DNA from: a virus
Length of the DNA: 64,000 bases
Reading direction: 5' to 3' (one strand)
Virus record (IMG/VR): IMGVR_UViG_3300028610_000244
Location: 1-64,000 of that record
Position numbers and translations under genes: made by a program. Below, in pieces: positions 28,990-38,726 of the stretch. The notes below the pieces were generated by a model, which saw only the letters and a program-made list of their open reading frames with translations, searched no databases and was not told the DNA's origin. The stretch's first letter is position 1, and every line of letters begins with the position of its first letter.

Positions 28990-29017
28990 AGTATAACCCA
29001 CCTTCACCAGGATGCAA
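28990..29017 (-). promoter_or_regulatory. phage repeated promoter (TTTGCAT class)
   Basis: TTGCAT-16nt-TATACTTTAAG. Confidence 0.8.
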
Positions 29018-29026
29018 ATAGAAAAT

Positions 29027-29068
29027 AAAAAAAAGCTGGCCCACGGTGCTTATCAAGAGGGCCAGCTT
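29027..29068 (-). terminator. intrinsic terminator
   Basis: AAGCTGGCCC/GGGCCAGCTT stem followed by a T run on the minus strand. Confidence 0.7.
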
Positions 29069-29386
29069 GTATGCCATATTTAAGTCGTGGGTGCCCGCCG
29101 ACGCGGGGATCGTAACCCGTTCACCCCCAACCGCAGATGCAGCTCGCTACACCGCTCTGCCGACATGCGGGATTGTGGGTGGTTTCAGTTCTATCGGCCC
29201 CTGTTGTCGGACAGGGCACAATGCGATTGAAGATCAGTCTACAGAATATTATGATCCAAGGAAACATGAGGCACAGGCAGAAGGGGTTCGACTGCCCGGC
29301 CCAATATTTCCGGGAATGGGCTAAACTACGAATGCTTCATATTGACCTCCACGATAAATAATATTGTTTTGCCTTGTCCTTCATCT
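29069..29386 (-). ncRNA. candidate structured non-coding RNA
   Basis: About 320-nt unit with own promoter and terminator; no minus-strand ORF of 60 aa or more confined to it; several stems. Confidence 0.45.
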
Positions 29387-29392
29387 ACTTAA

Positions 29393-29420
29393 AGTATAAT
29401 ACATTTTCACCAGGATGCAA
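29393..29420 (-). promoter_or_regulatory. phage repeated promoter (TTTGCAT class)
   Basis: TTGCAT-16nt-TATACTTTAAG. Confidence 0.8.
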
Positions 29421-30445
29421 ATCAAAAATCAAATTCTTTCAAATATTCTGGCCCCTGCACGCCTTTCTTAAACCGATCCCACCGCCAACTATTCTGGTAC
29501 GGTCCGGTCACTGAGTTGGCGAAGTCATCCTCTCGGCGAGCCATGTCGAACCGAGCCCCACCTGTCTGAGGCGTCTTGAGCCACACCGTGCGGAACACAC
29601 GATACCAAGTGTGCCGAACAATCCCACCATCATCAGGCAACGGCAATGCACGTCGTATTCGTTTCATGTCACTGATACTTCCTCCGCTTTGGCATACAAG
29701 GCGGTCTGACGACACTGTGTTCATCCCACCCTACGTTGCCGGTGTCACGCATCCAAGTGCATCCCTCCACGGACTCCCGGCCGTGTTCGCAGCCACCGCA
29801 CTCGGACTCAACAGCCGTCCTAATCTGTTCTTCGATCTCGATGTCACTCAACATGTCACGACCTCCTAATCTTTCGGCTAACCCACACACTGAGTCGCAT
29901 CCGCCACCCAGGCCGATAGAACGCACACTGCCCATCCCAGTTCAGTTGCGAGCAGGGCTTCGTCCAACCTATAGCCCACCGTCGAACCCAGGATTCGCCC
30001 GGCACATGTATCGAGCCGTGGCAGTAATGTGTCTTGCGAAACCGCCGAGTCTTCATCCACTTGCAGTCTATACAGTAAGTCTTTATCATGTCACTCGACC
30101 CCCAAGGCTATGACCGCGTCCAGCTCACCGAGCAGCTTGTCTTGCTCTTTGTAGCCGGAGATATGTTCTTGCGGCAGCGTATTGCGTACCAGATACCTGA
30201 CGGCCTTGAACAGCGTCTCAACCTGCGTGTCCTCTGGGTCTGTCTCAGACCTCACTGTCACCGCTTCTCTCGCAGCAGCAGCCGCCCTGTCTTTCTCCAC
30301 TATCACGCGGTCCTGCTCTGCGTTCGTCGCCGTGTCCCAGGTCAACGAGCACGTCACACAAAGTTTCAGGGTCGTAAGACTGTTCACTCTTGAGCGTTCT
30401 GTTGTCGCGGGTTCGCCGCAGAACTTACATTTGTGTTCGCTCATG

Positions 30446-30901
30446 TCACGCACCCACCTTTCCATCGACTTCGACACCTCGCATGTAGAAGCCCGGCTTG
30501 TGTGTTTCATCCCGGAGCTTATGCACCATCGCTTCCAGACGCTTGATAGCGGCGAGCTGATCCTTGAAGTATGCGGTGTTGATCTCCCAATCCTTGATCT
30601 GTTCGCGGTCGATACCGCCGTCACCGTCCTGGAAGTCGCCGATGCTCTTTGCGTCCTGTTCCTTGAGCCCGGCGTAGGCCGACAACGACGCAGACGTCAG
30701 TATGGTGTCAAACATTCGCAGCTCGACAACGACCTCATCGCTGATCCAATCCGAGCCAAGCTTGATAGCGTGCTTGTCGTCAATAATCGCCATGACTTCC
30801 TCGACACCTTCGCCGGTCAGATCATCGACGTTGTGGATGTCACTACCTGGATGTAGTCTCCCGTACATCTCTAATATGAAATCGTCACTTGCCATAATCA
30901 A
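30446..30901 (-). CDS. hypothetical acidic protein
   Basis: Coupled ORF. Confidence 0.6.
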   Translation of the reverse strand: MIMASDDFILEMYGRLHPGSDIHNVDDLTGEGVEEVMAIIDDKHAIKLGSDWISDEVVVELRMFDTILTSASLSAYAGLKEQDAKSIGDFQDGDGGIDREQIKDWEINTAYFKDQLAAIKRLEAMVHKLRDETHKPGFYMRGVEVDGKVGA

Positions 30902-32744
30902 ACCCTCACAACGTTCAACTCTTTCACCAAATACGTTTCCAGTGCCAGGACCGCGTTGATGTACGGGTCGCCGGCCTTCCAGTGGTTTGCACAGATGTCG
31001 TCTATGCGAAACCTGCTATAGGTGGGCAGGCTTGCCACACCAAGTATGTCGTACTTCTTCCACAGCCACTGGATTGCCTTGCTTCTGTATTCTGAATAGG
31101 TCATGTCATCCTCCACCATCTAAAGTTTTTGCACCAGCGTGTATCATTTTGCCGCCGATCCAAACCCAGAGCAACGGGACGAATACCAACCACACGGCTA
31201 TGGAAGCCTGCTCGAAGTTTCCAACCACGAGTCCCACAGCAAACACCACGGCGTACTTAAACCAGTTCTCATTCATCGTCATGCCACCTCTCATGTCACT
31301 ATGAATTTCTCCGCACCTTCGCTGATGGTCTCGGCTTCCTCCTCCACGGCGTCGTCCAGCTCAAACTGGTTCTCCTCGCTCGGCCAAAGGCTCAACGCCT
31401 TATCCATTGCCTCATCCCAGGACGCGAAGACACCGACGCCGTTAGGTTCTAGTTTGGTCTTACCCACCCAATAGTCACCGAATACTGATCTCATTACTGC
31501 GTAGTTCATGTCACCACCTTTCATCTTGTTGTATCCATTTGGCCCACTGCTTAAATCCCCATGTCCCAGATGAGACCATAGGCACGCCACACTTGTAATC
31601 ACCAAAGACATCCAGCAGCACCGTGCCGATCTTCACGTTCTGTTCCGGCGTGAACAAACAGCCGCCGAAGTATTCGTCCCGTGTCAATTTACTCTTGGCG
31701 TAAACTCGTGCCTTCGCTATGTCAACAGGTATTGCAAGCATGTCACTCGCTCCAGAAGAATTCTTCGCGTCCCCACTCATAGCCGTCAATAATACACTGC
31801 GTCACTATGCCGACCGCAGCACCCAGGGCAAAGTAGGGTATGCAACAAAACATCTTTATCTTTTTTAACATGTCACTACCTCAAAGAGATAATCTCATAT
31901 TCGTGGCCGTTGGTGCTAAACTTTGCTCCAGCCACGCACCGATGCCACGGCAGGCGATGTGCTGCCACAGGACGCATGGTTCCATTCACATCGCCCATCT
32001 CGTTCCACTGCGATCCCAGGTTAGGGCCTCGCCATGTCACTAACTTCAACGTCTTTGTCACTCCGTCGATGTTCACAAGCATGTCACTGTCTCCGGTATA
32101 AAGCTTCGCCGTGCAGCCGATCATATCGTAGCCGGTGCCTTGATGCACACCATCAACGACCGGCAGGCCGCGTCTACATCCATCACACTGATTCATTGCA
32201 TCGCCTCAATTCTGATACGGTCCAGCGTCACCAAACTTGCTTCCCTCATCGGCCTCGGTCGCTGGTCGCTGAGAGTCGTTGACCAAACTTTTCAGGTCGT
32301 CCGTCATGCTCTCTGAATCATAACCGGCTTCGCTAAGAATTTTCCGCAGCTCGGTCAGCGTCTCGCGGCACTTGTGTTTGCGGTCAGCGGGCTCGATGTG
32401 GTGGGCCTGTACCCAGGTGCCGTGGTCCGGGAGGCCGGGTCCGGTTAAGCGAAAAATACTGCCTTGTGTCTCGGAAATTGTCGCTATCTGTCCGAGCAAG
32501 GCCGAGTCCGCCGCAACGTACTCCAGCTCTGTCGCGTCCGCAGTGACTCGGACCTCATCGCCTATTTTATATTGACGCTCGCTCATTTTTGGCTCCAGTT
32601 CAAATTCGTTCGAGAGAACCCGTGAACAAAGCAGACCGGGCATTTGCCTGTCTCAAAAGCTTTGCCACATATCGGGCACACATAATAGATCAGTGTTGTA
32701 ATCCCTTTTGGTGTCTTCTGTTTCTTCTTTGCTCCCATACTTAA

Positions 32745-32772
32745 AGTATAAGCCATAAACGTCAGGATGCAA
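32745..32772 (-). promoter_or_regulatory. phage repeated promoter (TTTGCAT class)
   Basis: TTGCAT-16nt-TATACTTTAAG; ATG at 32738 suggests a leaderless mRNA. Confidence 0.78.
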
Positions 32773-32786
32773 ATCAAAAATATTAT

Positions 32787-33089
32787 TTATTTGCCGCTAT
32801 GCTTTTCCTGCTTCCCGATGTAGTGGACATTATCAGCCACGGCCTCGACCACCATAACCACTTCCTGCTTGTTCGCTGTCTTGATCTTGGAAGCTGCACG
32901 CAACACTTGATCTTTGTCAGCTTCTCGGCCGACCACTTCGATCACTACGCACTTCTCGCGGTGCCCAAGCCAGTAGCCGGTGCCGGTTGTAATCGTGAAG
33001 CCGGTCCCGAATAATAGGTAGTCCAGACAGATTCGCTCGATTCGCTCCCTATTCACATCCTCGGTATAGATTTTGAAAAGTATCATCAA
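32787..33089 (-). CDS. putative SAM lyase (T3 SAMase-like, PII-like fold)
   Basis: GFTITTGTGYW.G.RE.CVVIEV...IK..NKQEVVMV. Confidence 0.6.
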   Translation of the reverse strand: MMILFKIYTEDVNRERIERICLDYLLFGTGFTITTGTGYWLGHREKCVVIEVVGREADKDQVLRAASKIKTANKQEVVMVVEAVADNVHYIGKQEKHSGK

Positions 33090-33520
33090 AATATCTCCAT
33101 CTTATTCAAGTAGTCACCGAGTTTCTTATCGGTCTCTGTCGGATTCGGGTAGCCGCCGTAGAAGCTTTCGCCCTGGATGTCGCCGACTGTCAGCTTGACG
33201 TTCAGGTATTCATACATGCCCTGAATGTGGCTGATGCTCGCGGCCCGCTTCATGCCCCAGGCAACGACCGCAGGGACGCCGCCAGGGTCAAGGTCAGCGT
33301 TCATGTTCGAGGCCCAGAAGCATTGCTTCACCAAGTCCATCTTGCCGGCCTCACAAGCCGCCAGGAGCTTCTTGGCGAATTCCGGCCAGACGTAGCCGTT
33401 CTCATTCTTCTGGAAGCCAGACAGCCATTTGGATGCGTAGGCATTATATTCTGGGTCCGCCTTCTTGGCAGCGGCGTCGGCCTTATGGTGCGACTCGAAT
33501 AATTCAAGCATCTTACTCAT
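33086..33520 (-). CDS. hypothetical protein
   Basis: ATGA-coupled ORF. Confidence 0.65.
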   Translation of the reverse strand: MSKMLELFESHHKADAAAKKADPEYNAYASKWLSGFQKNENGYVWPEFAKKLLAACEAGKMDLVKQCFWASNMNADLDPGGVPAVVAWGMKRAASISHIQGMYEYLNVKLTVGDIQGESFYGGYPNPTETDKKLGDYLNKMEIF

Positions 33521-33879
33521 ATCTTCGTCTCAAAGGCTTCACACCAGTTTGTGTCTGCGTTGCAGTCTTGATCCCACTTGCAGGCCGAACACGTCGGTTT
33601 GTTATCGGACAACACCTCATGCAGCGTGTCTAAGGGACACCATAGAACCGTCGCCGTAAATATCAGCATGATCCTGAATAGGCCAGAATTCCCCATAGCA
33701 GTCGGTTTTATGAAGCTCGCCATCAAGGCCGATCTTCTCGAATGCAAACTTGCCGCCGTTCATCTGTATCTGAATCCCGAGAGGCGGTTCTGCCTGCATC
33801 GCTTGGCACAGCGTTTCTTCTGCCATCATTGTGTTCTTTGCATCCATTTCGTTCTCCTCAAGTCATTGCTTATACTTAA

Positions 33880-33906
33880 AGTATAACACAGAACTCTGAG
33901 AATCAA
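33880..33906 (-). promoter_or_regulatory. phage repeated promoter, degenerate -35
   Basis: TATACTTTAAG conserved; TTGATT in the -35 region. Confidence 0.6.
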
Positions 33907-34182
33907 AATGGGTTCTAAAAATTTTTGCTATTTATTTTCTGGCGTTTTCAATTTGGTTCGTATTTCAACGCAGCCGTAATCAATCCATGCTCGGCGTGAA
34001 GCTGTACTTGTATCAATGCTAACGGTGCGTTAATCTGTACGCTGGCAGGCTTGGCCTTGAACCGGCTGTCTGCTTCGATCTCTTTCTTCTTTGCTTCCAA
34101 GTATTCTCGAATCGTCATCGTCTTTCTCCACTCTTGACAGATGTCACTCGCCCTCGTCGGGGCCTCCGTGCCCATCTCGCCG

Positions 34183-35766
34183 TCAGTCGATCAGCTTGGC
34201 TGTCCTGCTTGCAGGATCAACCCAATACTTCTGCCCGCAGAAACTGCACTTGATATTCAAGCAGTTCCCGGCCTCTGGTCCCCGGAGAAACCCGCGAGCC
34301 GGTGTCCGTTCACATTCAGCACAGTAGTCCGCGTCGATCTGCTCCCACAAACCACGGCCTTCGATCTTATCGTTCTCGGCCGCTGCTGCTTCGACGTGGC
34401 CTCGAATCATCGAACCCACCGCGTCACGAACCCGCTCCCACCAACCCACTTTCTTCACGACTTCCCAATCCATGACTGTTTCAGTGGTGCCGAGCTTCGC
34501 GGTGTAGCCACCGAAGACTCTGACGACAGGTTGGATTGTCACCCTAATGGTATCGACCTCAATGATCTTGGCTAACCCACCGTCTTTCCATGTCACCATG
34601 TCTCCGACCTCGAACTCCGAAACAAACTCGTCGGGGTCAATGACGTACTCGTCGTGCAATTCTCTTGTAATCCCTGGACGACTCAGCAACAAAGCGTCAG
34701 CCTTGGCGAACTCCTGGGCAGAGAGTAGCCCCTGCATCCACCGCATCTTGGCAGTGAGTTGGTCGTCAGCAATCGCCCAGACGCCGTGCAGCCAAGCCCG
34801 TTGCTGTTGCTTGTACCTGTCAGCTTCTTTAAGAATCTCCGCGATCCGCTTCGCACCTTCACCGCCCATCGCCTTCTCCAAGACTTCCGCGTTATCGACT
34901 GTGTTCACAATAGTCACAGTGACAGGTTCGCCGACACGGTGACATCTGTCCTCAGCCTGTGAGAATGTCCGCTCGTTTCTTTGTGTGACCTGAGCCATGA
35001 TCCGCTTTTCCAACTCAGCATAGTCTGTCTTGGTAGGGTGTAAGATTGTCTCGCCAGCGGTCTCGGCACCCACAGGACTGTACATCCTCCGTAGCTGCTC
35101 CCGCTTCTGGGCCTGCGTCCTGGGCCAAATCTGCACGCCGGTATGGTCGTCAACGATCTTCTTCCAGCCGAGCCCGTATATCTTTCGGATGTCTATTGTC
35201 ACACCTGAGCCGTGATAGGTCCGTGCCGCTCGCCCTGTTGGTGACTTGCCGAAATCCTTGTCCGCGATGTCGCGGTACTCGTGACGTCGGTGCATGTACA
35301 TCTTCCTGAAATGATCTGACCCGCCGCTCGGATTACCCATGACGATCATCTTATCAATCATCCGTTTCTGGTGACTATACAGTCCGGCATATCCATGCAC
35401 CGGCCCGCCAGTGTGCCCGAAGAAGCTTCCGCCGACGTTGGAGAACGCCTCACTACATAGACGGTGCCGCAAGCGGAATTCCTTCCAGAACGCGGTCGTT
35501 TCTCTCTTGCTGAAATAGGTGCTGGAGAGAGCCCGCTCAAAGGCCATCTTGCAGCCCTCGTAACTGCTGTCGGTGTCTTGCTTACCAAGGGTAGTGACAC
35601 CCTTACTCACAAGTGTTGGCCCGCTGGCTTCCGTCAACAAGAAAATCTTGCAGGTCGTGACAGTCTGGGGCCTGCCCTTGTTCGGACCTTTCTTGAACTT
35701 CTTGAACCTGTCTTGCTTGAAGCCCACATGGTAACGGCGTGTTTCTGATTTAATCTCTACGTTCAT
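34183..35766 (-). CDS. mosaic protein carrying short terminase/helicase/PolA signature motifs
   Basis: Intact 527-aa ORF with GGAG RBS; motifs listed in findings; KOW-like segment and C-terminal zinc ribbon. Confidence 0.75.
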   Translation of the reverse strand: MNVEIKSETRRYHVGFKQDRFKKFKKGPNKGRPQTVTTCKIFLLTEASGPTLVSKGVTTLGKQDTDSSYEGCKMAFERALSSTYFSKRETTAFWKEFRLRHRLCSEAFSNVGGSFFGHTGGPVHGYAGLYSHQKRMIDKMIVMGNPSGGSDHFRKMYMHRRHEYRDIADKDFGKSPTGRAARTYHGSGVTIDIRKIYGLGWKKIVDDHTGVQIWPRTQAQKREQLRRMYSPVGAETAGETILHPTKTDYAELEKRIMAQVTQRNERTFSQAEDRCHRVGEPVTVTIVNTVDNAEVLEKAMGGEGAKRIAEILKEADRYKQQQRAWLHGVWAIADDQLTAKMRWMQGLLSAQEFAKADALLLSRPGITRELHDEYVIDPDEFVSEFEVGDMVTWKDGGLAKIIEVDTIRVTIQPVVRVFGGYTAKLGTTETVMDWEVVKKVGWWERVRDAVGSMIRGHVEAAAAENDKIEGRGLWEQIDADYCAECERTPARGFLRGPEAGNCLNIKCSFCGQKYWVDPASRTAKLID

Positions 35767-35964
35767 ATCGTTTCTCCAGGTACAATTCGTGTCATTTATT
35801 CATCACTGCTCTAACACAGGCGGCAATAATGATAGCAGTGGCAACATAGGCCAGCCCGCGTTCGGTTGGGTCCGAGATGGTTAGGAACTCGTCCTTGATC
35901 GGATTCAACTCATCACATCCCGCCAGCAATAAAAGCGGCAGGCACGCCCACATCCACATACGTC

Positions 35965-36249
35965 TTAACATGTCACTTCCTCCTCGAACGGTTGCTGGCA
36001 ACCAGGACACCACGTATTATTTTCGAGTCCACGTCGCCCACAGGCTGTGCAAATCTTCGCCTTCTTATGCTTCTCACAGGTGTCACCGACGACCAGAAGA
36101 TTATGCAGCTCCTGCTCATCCATGTCTTCATGCTCATGGTTGAATCGGTCCAGCTCACACCTCACCTGAAATTGAACAGACAGATGGTAGTCATAGTGCT
36201 CAGTCCCGAAGCTGAAATCAAAATATACACAGGTCAAACAGCACTTCAT
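35965..36249 (-). CDS. Cys-rich hypothetical protein
   Basis: Multiple CxxC; GTGACATG start. Confidence 0.6.
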   Translation of the reverse strand: MKCCLTCVYFDFSFGTEHYDYHLSVQFQVRCELDRFNHEHEDMDEQELHNLLVVGDTCEKHKKAKICTACGRRGLENNTWCPGCQQPFEEEVTC

Positions 36250-36310
36250 GTCACTTCCTTTTTACTATATCTATATAGTAATATCCACCGAAATTACTAC
36301 ATATATGTTG

Positions 36311-37015
36311 TTATTTGCGGTGCCACCATCGCTTCTTTTTCTTGGTTTCGATCCTGTCAAGTCGCGGCTCAATAGGCTCCGGGGGGATGTACTCCGGCTC
36401 GACCGGGGAGATTGTGTACTGCAACCAAAGGGGGCCTTTCGACCAACCGAGACCGCACAGCACCGGCCCTGGCTCCGCGTGGCCTGTCACCTTCATCTTA
36501 AATGATTTTATCTCTGAGAGGTTCTCGTGAATAACGACGTCAGGGCCAATCTTCTGGGCCTCAGTAATAACCTTTCCCACCTCAATGGATGACGCAACGG
36601 CCTCCTCCGGCGTTTCGACCTGCATCTCAACCTGGACATCGTCCAGCGTGGGCTCAAAAGGTGGTAAGAGTATCGGGATGTGTTCAGTCTCAGGCTTCGC
36701 AGGTATTGGATAGTCCTCGAAGAACACTTGCCAGAACTCAGTCTTCCCAGGTTTGCCAATCGGTGAAGACTTGAGAGCACGAGCCAGTGATGTTTTGCGG
36801 CAAGCATGGTCGCAATGCTCATCCTGCCAGCTCTGCCACGTCCAACCGTAGCCTCTAACCTCTTCGCCGAGATCGTTCAGCTCGATAATCTCGCACACAG
36901 TAAACACTCGTGGTTGCCGACGCCTCGGGCCTTTCTTGAACACCAATGTATCTTTGTCCACGGTCCAGAGCACTTTATATCTGGCGTTGTTTAATGTGGT
37001 TCGCAGTATCAACAT
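36311..37015 (-). CDS. hypothetical protein, N-terminal domain paralogous to 34183-35766
   Basis: RY.V...FKKGP..R.P...T.C.I...QD.....K..L.RAL...T.FW..F shared. Confidence 0.7.
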   Translation of the reverse strand: MLILRTTLNNARYKVLWTVDKDTLVFKKGPRRRQPRVFTVCEIIELNDLGEEVRGYGWTWQSWQDEHCDHACRKTSLARALKSSPIGKPGKTEFWQVFFEDYPIPAKPETEHIPILLPPFEPTLDDVQVEMQVETPEEAVASSIEVGKVITEAQKIGPDVVIHENLSEIKSFKMKVTGHAEPGPVLCGLGWSKGPLWLQYTISPVEPEYIPPEPIEPRLDRIETKKKKRWWHRK

Positions 37016-37173
37016 ATCGTCTCCTCAATGTTCGGCCGGGAAGCCGGTCCACTTTAACTCCTCAGATTCGACGGTTAGTAGGCTAAGGCCAACGGCTATA
37101 ACTTGTTACGTGTCAGTCGGCAGGTGCCGGCCGATGTCACTACGTAGTGACATCGCTCGTCAGTTCCCGGTCG

Positions 37174-37515
37174 TTATTGCATGTCCCTCAGTATGTCACT
37201 ACCTAGTGTCAAATCAGCTTCCTGAGCTTCACATAGAATCGCAAGACCCAGGTCCAGATCAGTAATGCCAGTGGCTGCACCGTGAACACTTGACGCCACA
37301 GCTCGGCGGCAGTTCATCGGGACTTCACACTGCAAGCAAAACGGGCGTTCGTCGCCGCCGTGGTGGATTGTCAGCTTGCCGCAATCACAGAACCAAGCTG
37401 ACGGGGCAATCGAAGTCCCGAAAACGTGACCGCAGTGGCTACAATACGGTTCTGATTCGCTTGTGAGTTTCGGGCTCTGGGGGATTTCTTCGTGGCACCT
37501 CTCGCACTTACTCAT
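37174..37515 (-). CDS. multi-zinc-ribbon protein
   Basis: Three CxxC plus one CxC; start MSKCERC with GAGGAG RBS after promoter. Confidence 0.65.
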   Translation of the reverse strand: MSKCERCHEEIPQSPKLTSESEPYCSHCGHVFGTSIAPSAWFCDCGKLTIHHGGDERPFCLQCEVPMNCRRAVASSVHGAATGITDLDLGLAILCEAQEADLTLGSDILRDMQ

Positions 37516-37640
37516 TGTTTGCTCTCCTCGTCTCGTTCCAGTTAAAAGAACTGGCCGACTCGGCTTGATCCTATTCCGCAGCGATCCGGGCGTCCTGGTC
37601 TGCATTGCCGCCGCTACTGGCCGAGTCTGCCAACACTTAA

Positions 37641-37668
37641 AGTATAACACATTTCTGAGAAGATGCAA
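37641..37668 (-). promoter_or_regulatory. phage repeated promoter (TTTGCAT class)
   Basis: TTGCAT-16nt-TATACTTTAAG. Confidence 0.8.
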
Positions 37669-37715
37669 ATATTTTGTAAGAAAAAAGTGGTAGTTTTTCT
37701 TACAAAATTATCGGA

Positions 37716-37955
37716 CTATCTGGACCGTGTAGGCAGAGCGACTTCATCCATGTTGTCGATTTCCGTTTCCTTCTCAGCCACGGTCATCTTGTCCGGTCGC
37801 TTGTCAGTCTCCCGTGTGATAACGTCGTCCATCCGTCGCCTTGCTTTGTTCGCCACCATGTTGTCAAGCCAAGCCTGGACACCAGCGGTGTCGATCATCT
37901 CGTCTTTCAACACGCGGTCCTGTGCGTCTGATACTGTCACTGTGTATGTTGCCAT
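37716..37955 (-). CDS. small fibre-associated hypothetical protein
   Basis: AAGGAG RBS; last gene of the fibre operon. Confidence 0.6.
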   Translation of the reverse strand: MATYTVTVSDAQDRVLKDEMIDTAGVQAWLDNMVANKARRRMDDVITRETDKRPDKMTVAEKETEIDNMDEVALPTRSR

Positions 37956-37975
37956 GTCACTCGCTCCTTGTTATG

Positions 37976-38443
37976 TTATGCGATTCGTTCAAAAGTACAA
38001 TAGTCAGTGAGTACGCTAAGTTTAGCACTGGCATTATTATGCCAAAAATAAACTTCGATATAATCACCGGCAGTCAGACTGAGAGTTGTTGTCTGCATCG
38101 CCGGAGCATGATTATCAGAAGAGGCTAAAGCGTGTCCAGCAGGACCACGCTCACTTTGAGAAGCACCATTCTTATAGAGCCGAGTAATAGTTCCGAAGCC
38201 TGCGGCAGAAGACTGACCCTCAAGAGTTGCCACCGCTGTTATTTTATAGATACCAGTCGCTTCGGCCGTCCATCGTTTATTTGTCACGGTATCGACTTCA
38301 TTCAAATTGTCATAGTCTACCGAAGTAAACGGGAGCTTAGTCCACGTAGAGGGGTTAACTGTCGTAGCCGGCATTCCTGTCTTAGCATACGACTCGAAAC
38401 CACCACCACCACCACCGCCGCCTTTAATTCCTGATGCAAACAT
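37976..38443 (-). CDS. C1q-like domain protein (fibre tip)
   Basis: KLPFTSVDYDN...GIYKIT...LYKNG...LTAGDYIEVY; start MFASGIKGGGG. Confidence 0.72.
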   Translation of the reverse strand: MFASGIKGGGGGGGGFESYAKTGMPATTVNPSTWTKLPFTSVDYDNLNEVDTVTNKRWTAEATGIYKITAVATLEGQSSAAGFGTITRLYKNGASQSERGPAGHALASSDNHAPAMQTTTLSLTAGDYIEVYFWHNNASAKLSVLTDYCTFERIA

Positions 38444-38444
38444 G

Positions 38445-38717
38445 TTATTCTCCTGCGATAAAGTCTTGAAAAGCTTTCCTTGCGTGCGTTGCAATTTTGG
38501 AGGCTGGCAGAAAGACACACCGCTCGACCTCAGCAACCTGTGCAGGGCTCAGCTCAACGGCCTCGCCTCGGTTGATCTTGATAGCGATCTCCACGAAATC
38601 CACAGACGCCGCCTGGGTGTAGAGTACATTCGCCACCGTCTTATGGAACGTGCAGTTCTTGACCGGAGTCCCATCAATATCTTTGAGCACGATGTCACTA
38701 AAATTCAATGTTCTCAT
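38445..38717 (-). CDS. fibre-associated small protein (chaperone-like), paralog of 41558-41893
   Basis: Follows a fibre gene; shared LN...K.(I/L)...VEL pattern. Confidence 0.55.
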   Translation of the reverse strand: MRTLNFSDIVLKDIDGTPVKNCTFHKTVANVLYTQAASVDFVEIAIKINRGEAVELSPAQVAEVERCVFLPASKIATHARKAFQDFIAGE

Positions 38718-38726
38718 AGTTCTCCT

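Noticed and set aside
29090-29170. A canonical tRNA or tmRNA
   Set aside because: The T-loop and anticodon arm are irregular and no tag reading frame is evident; kept only as part of the candidate ncRNA.
34183-35766. A degraded DNA polymerase or helicase pseudogene
   Set aside because: The ORF is intact with an RBS, the motifs come from several unrelated enzyme families and are out of order, and an intact PolA and helicase exist elsewhere in the window.
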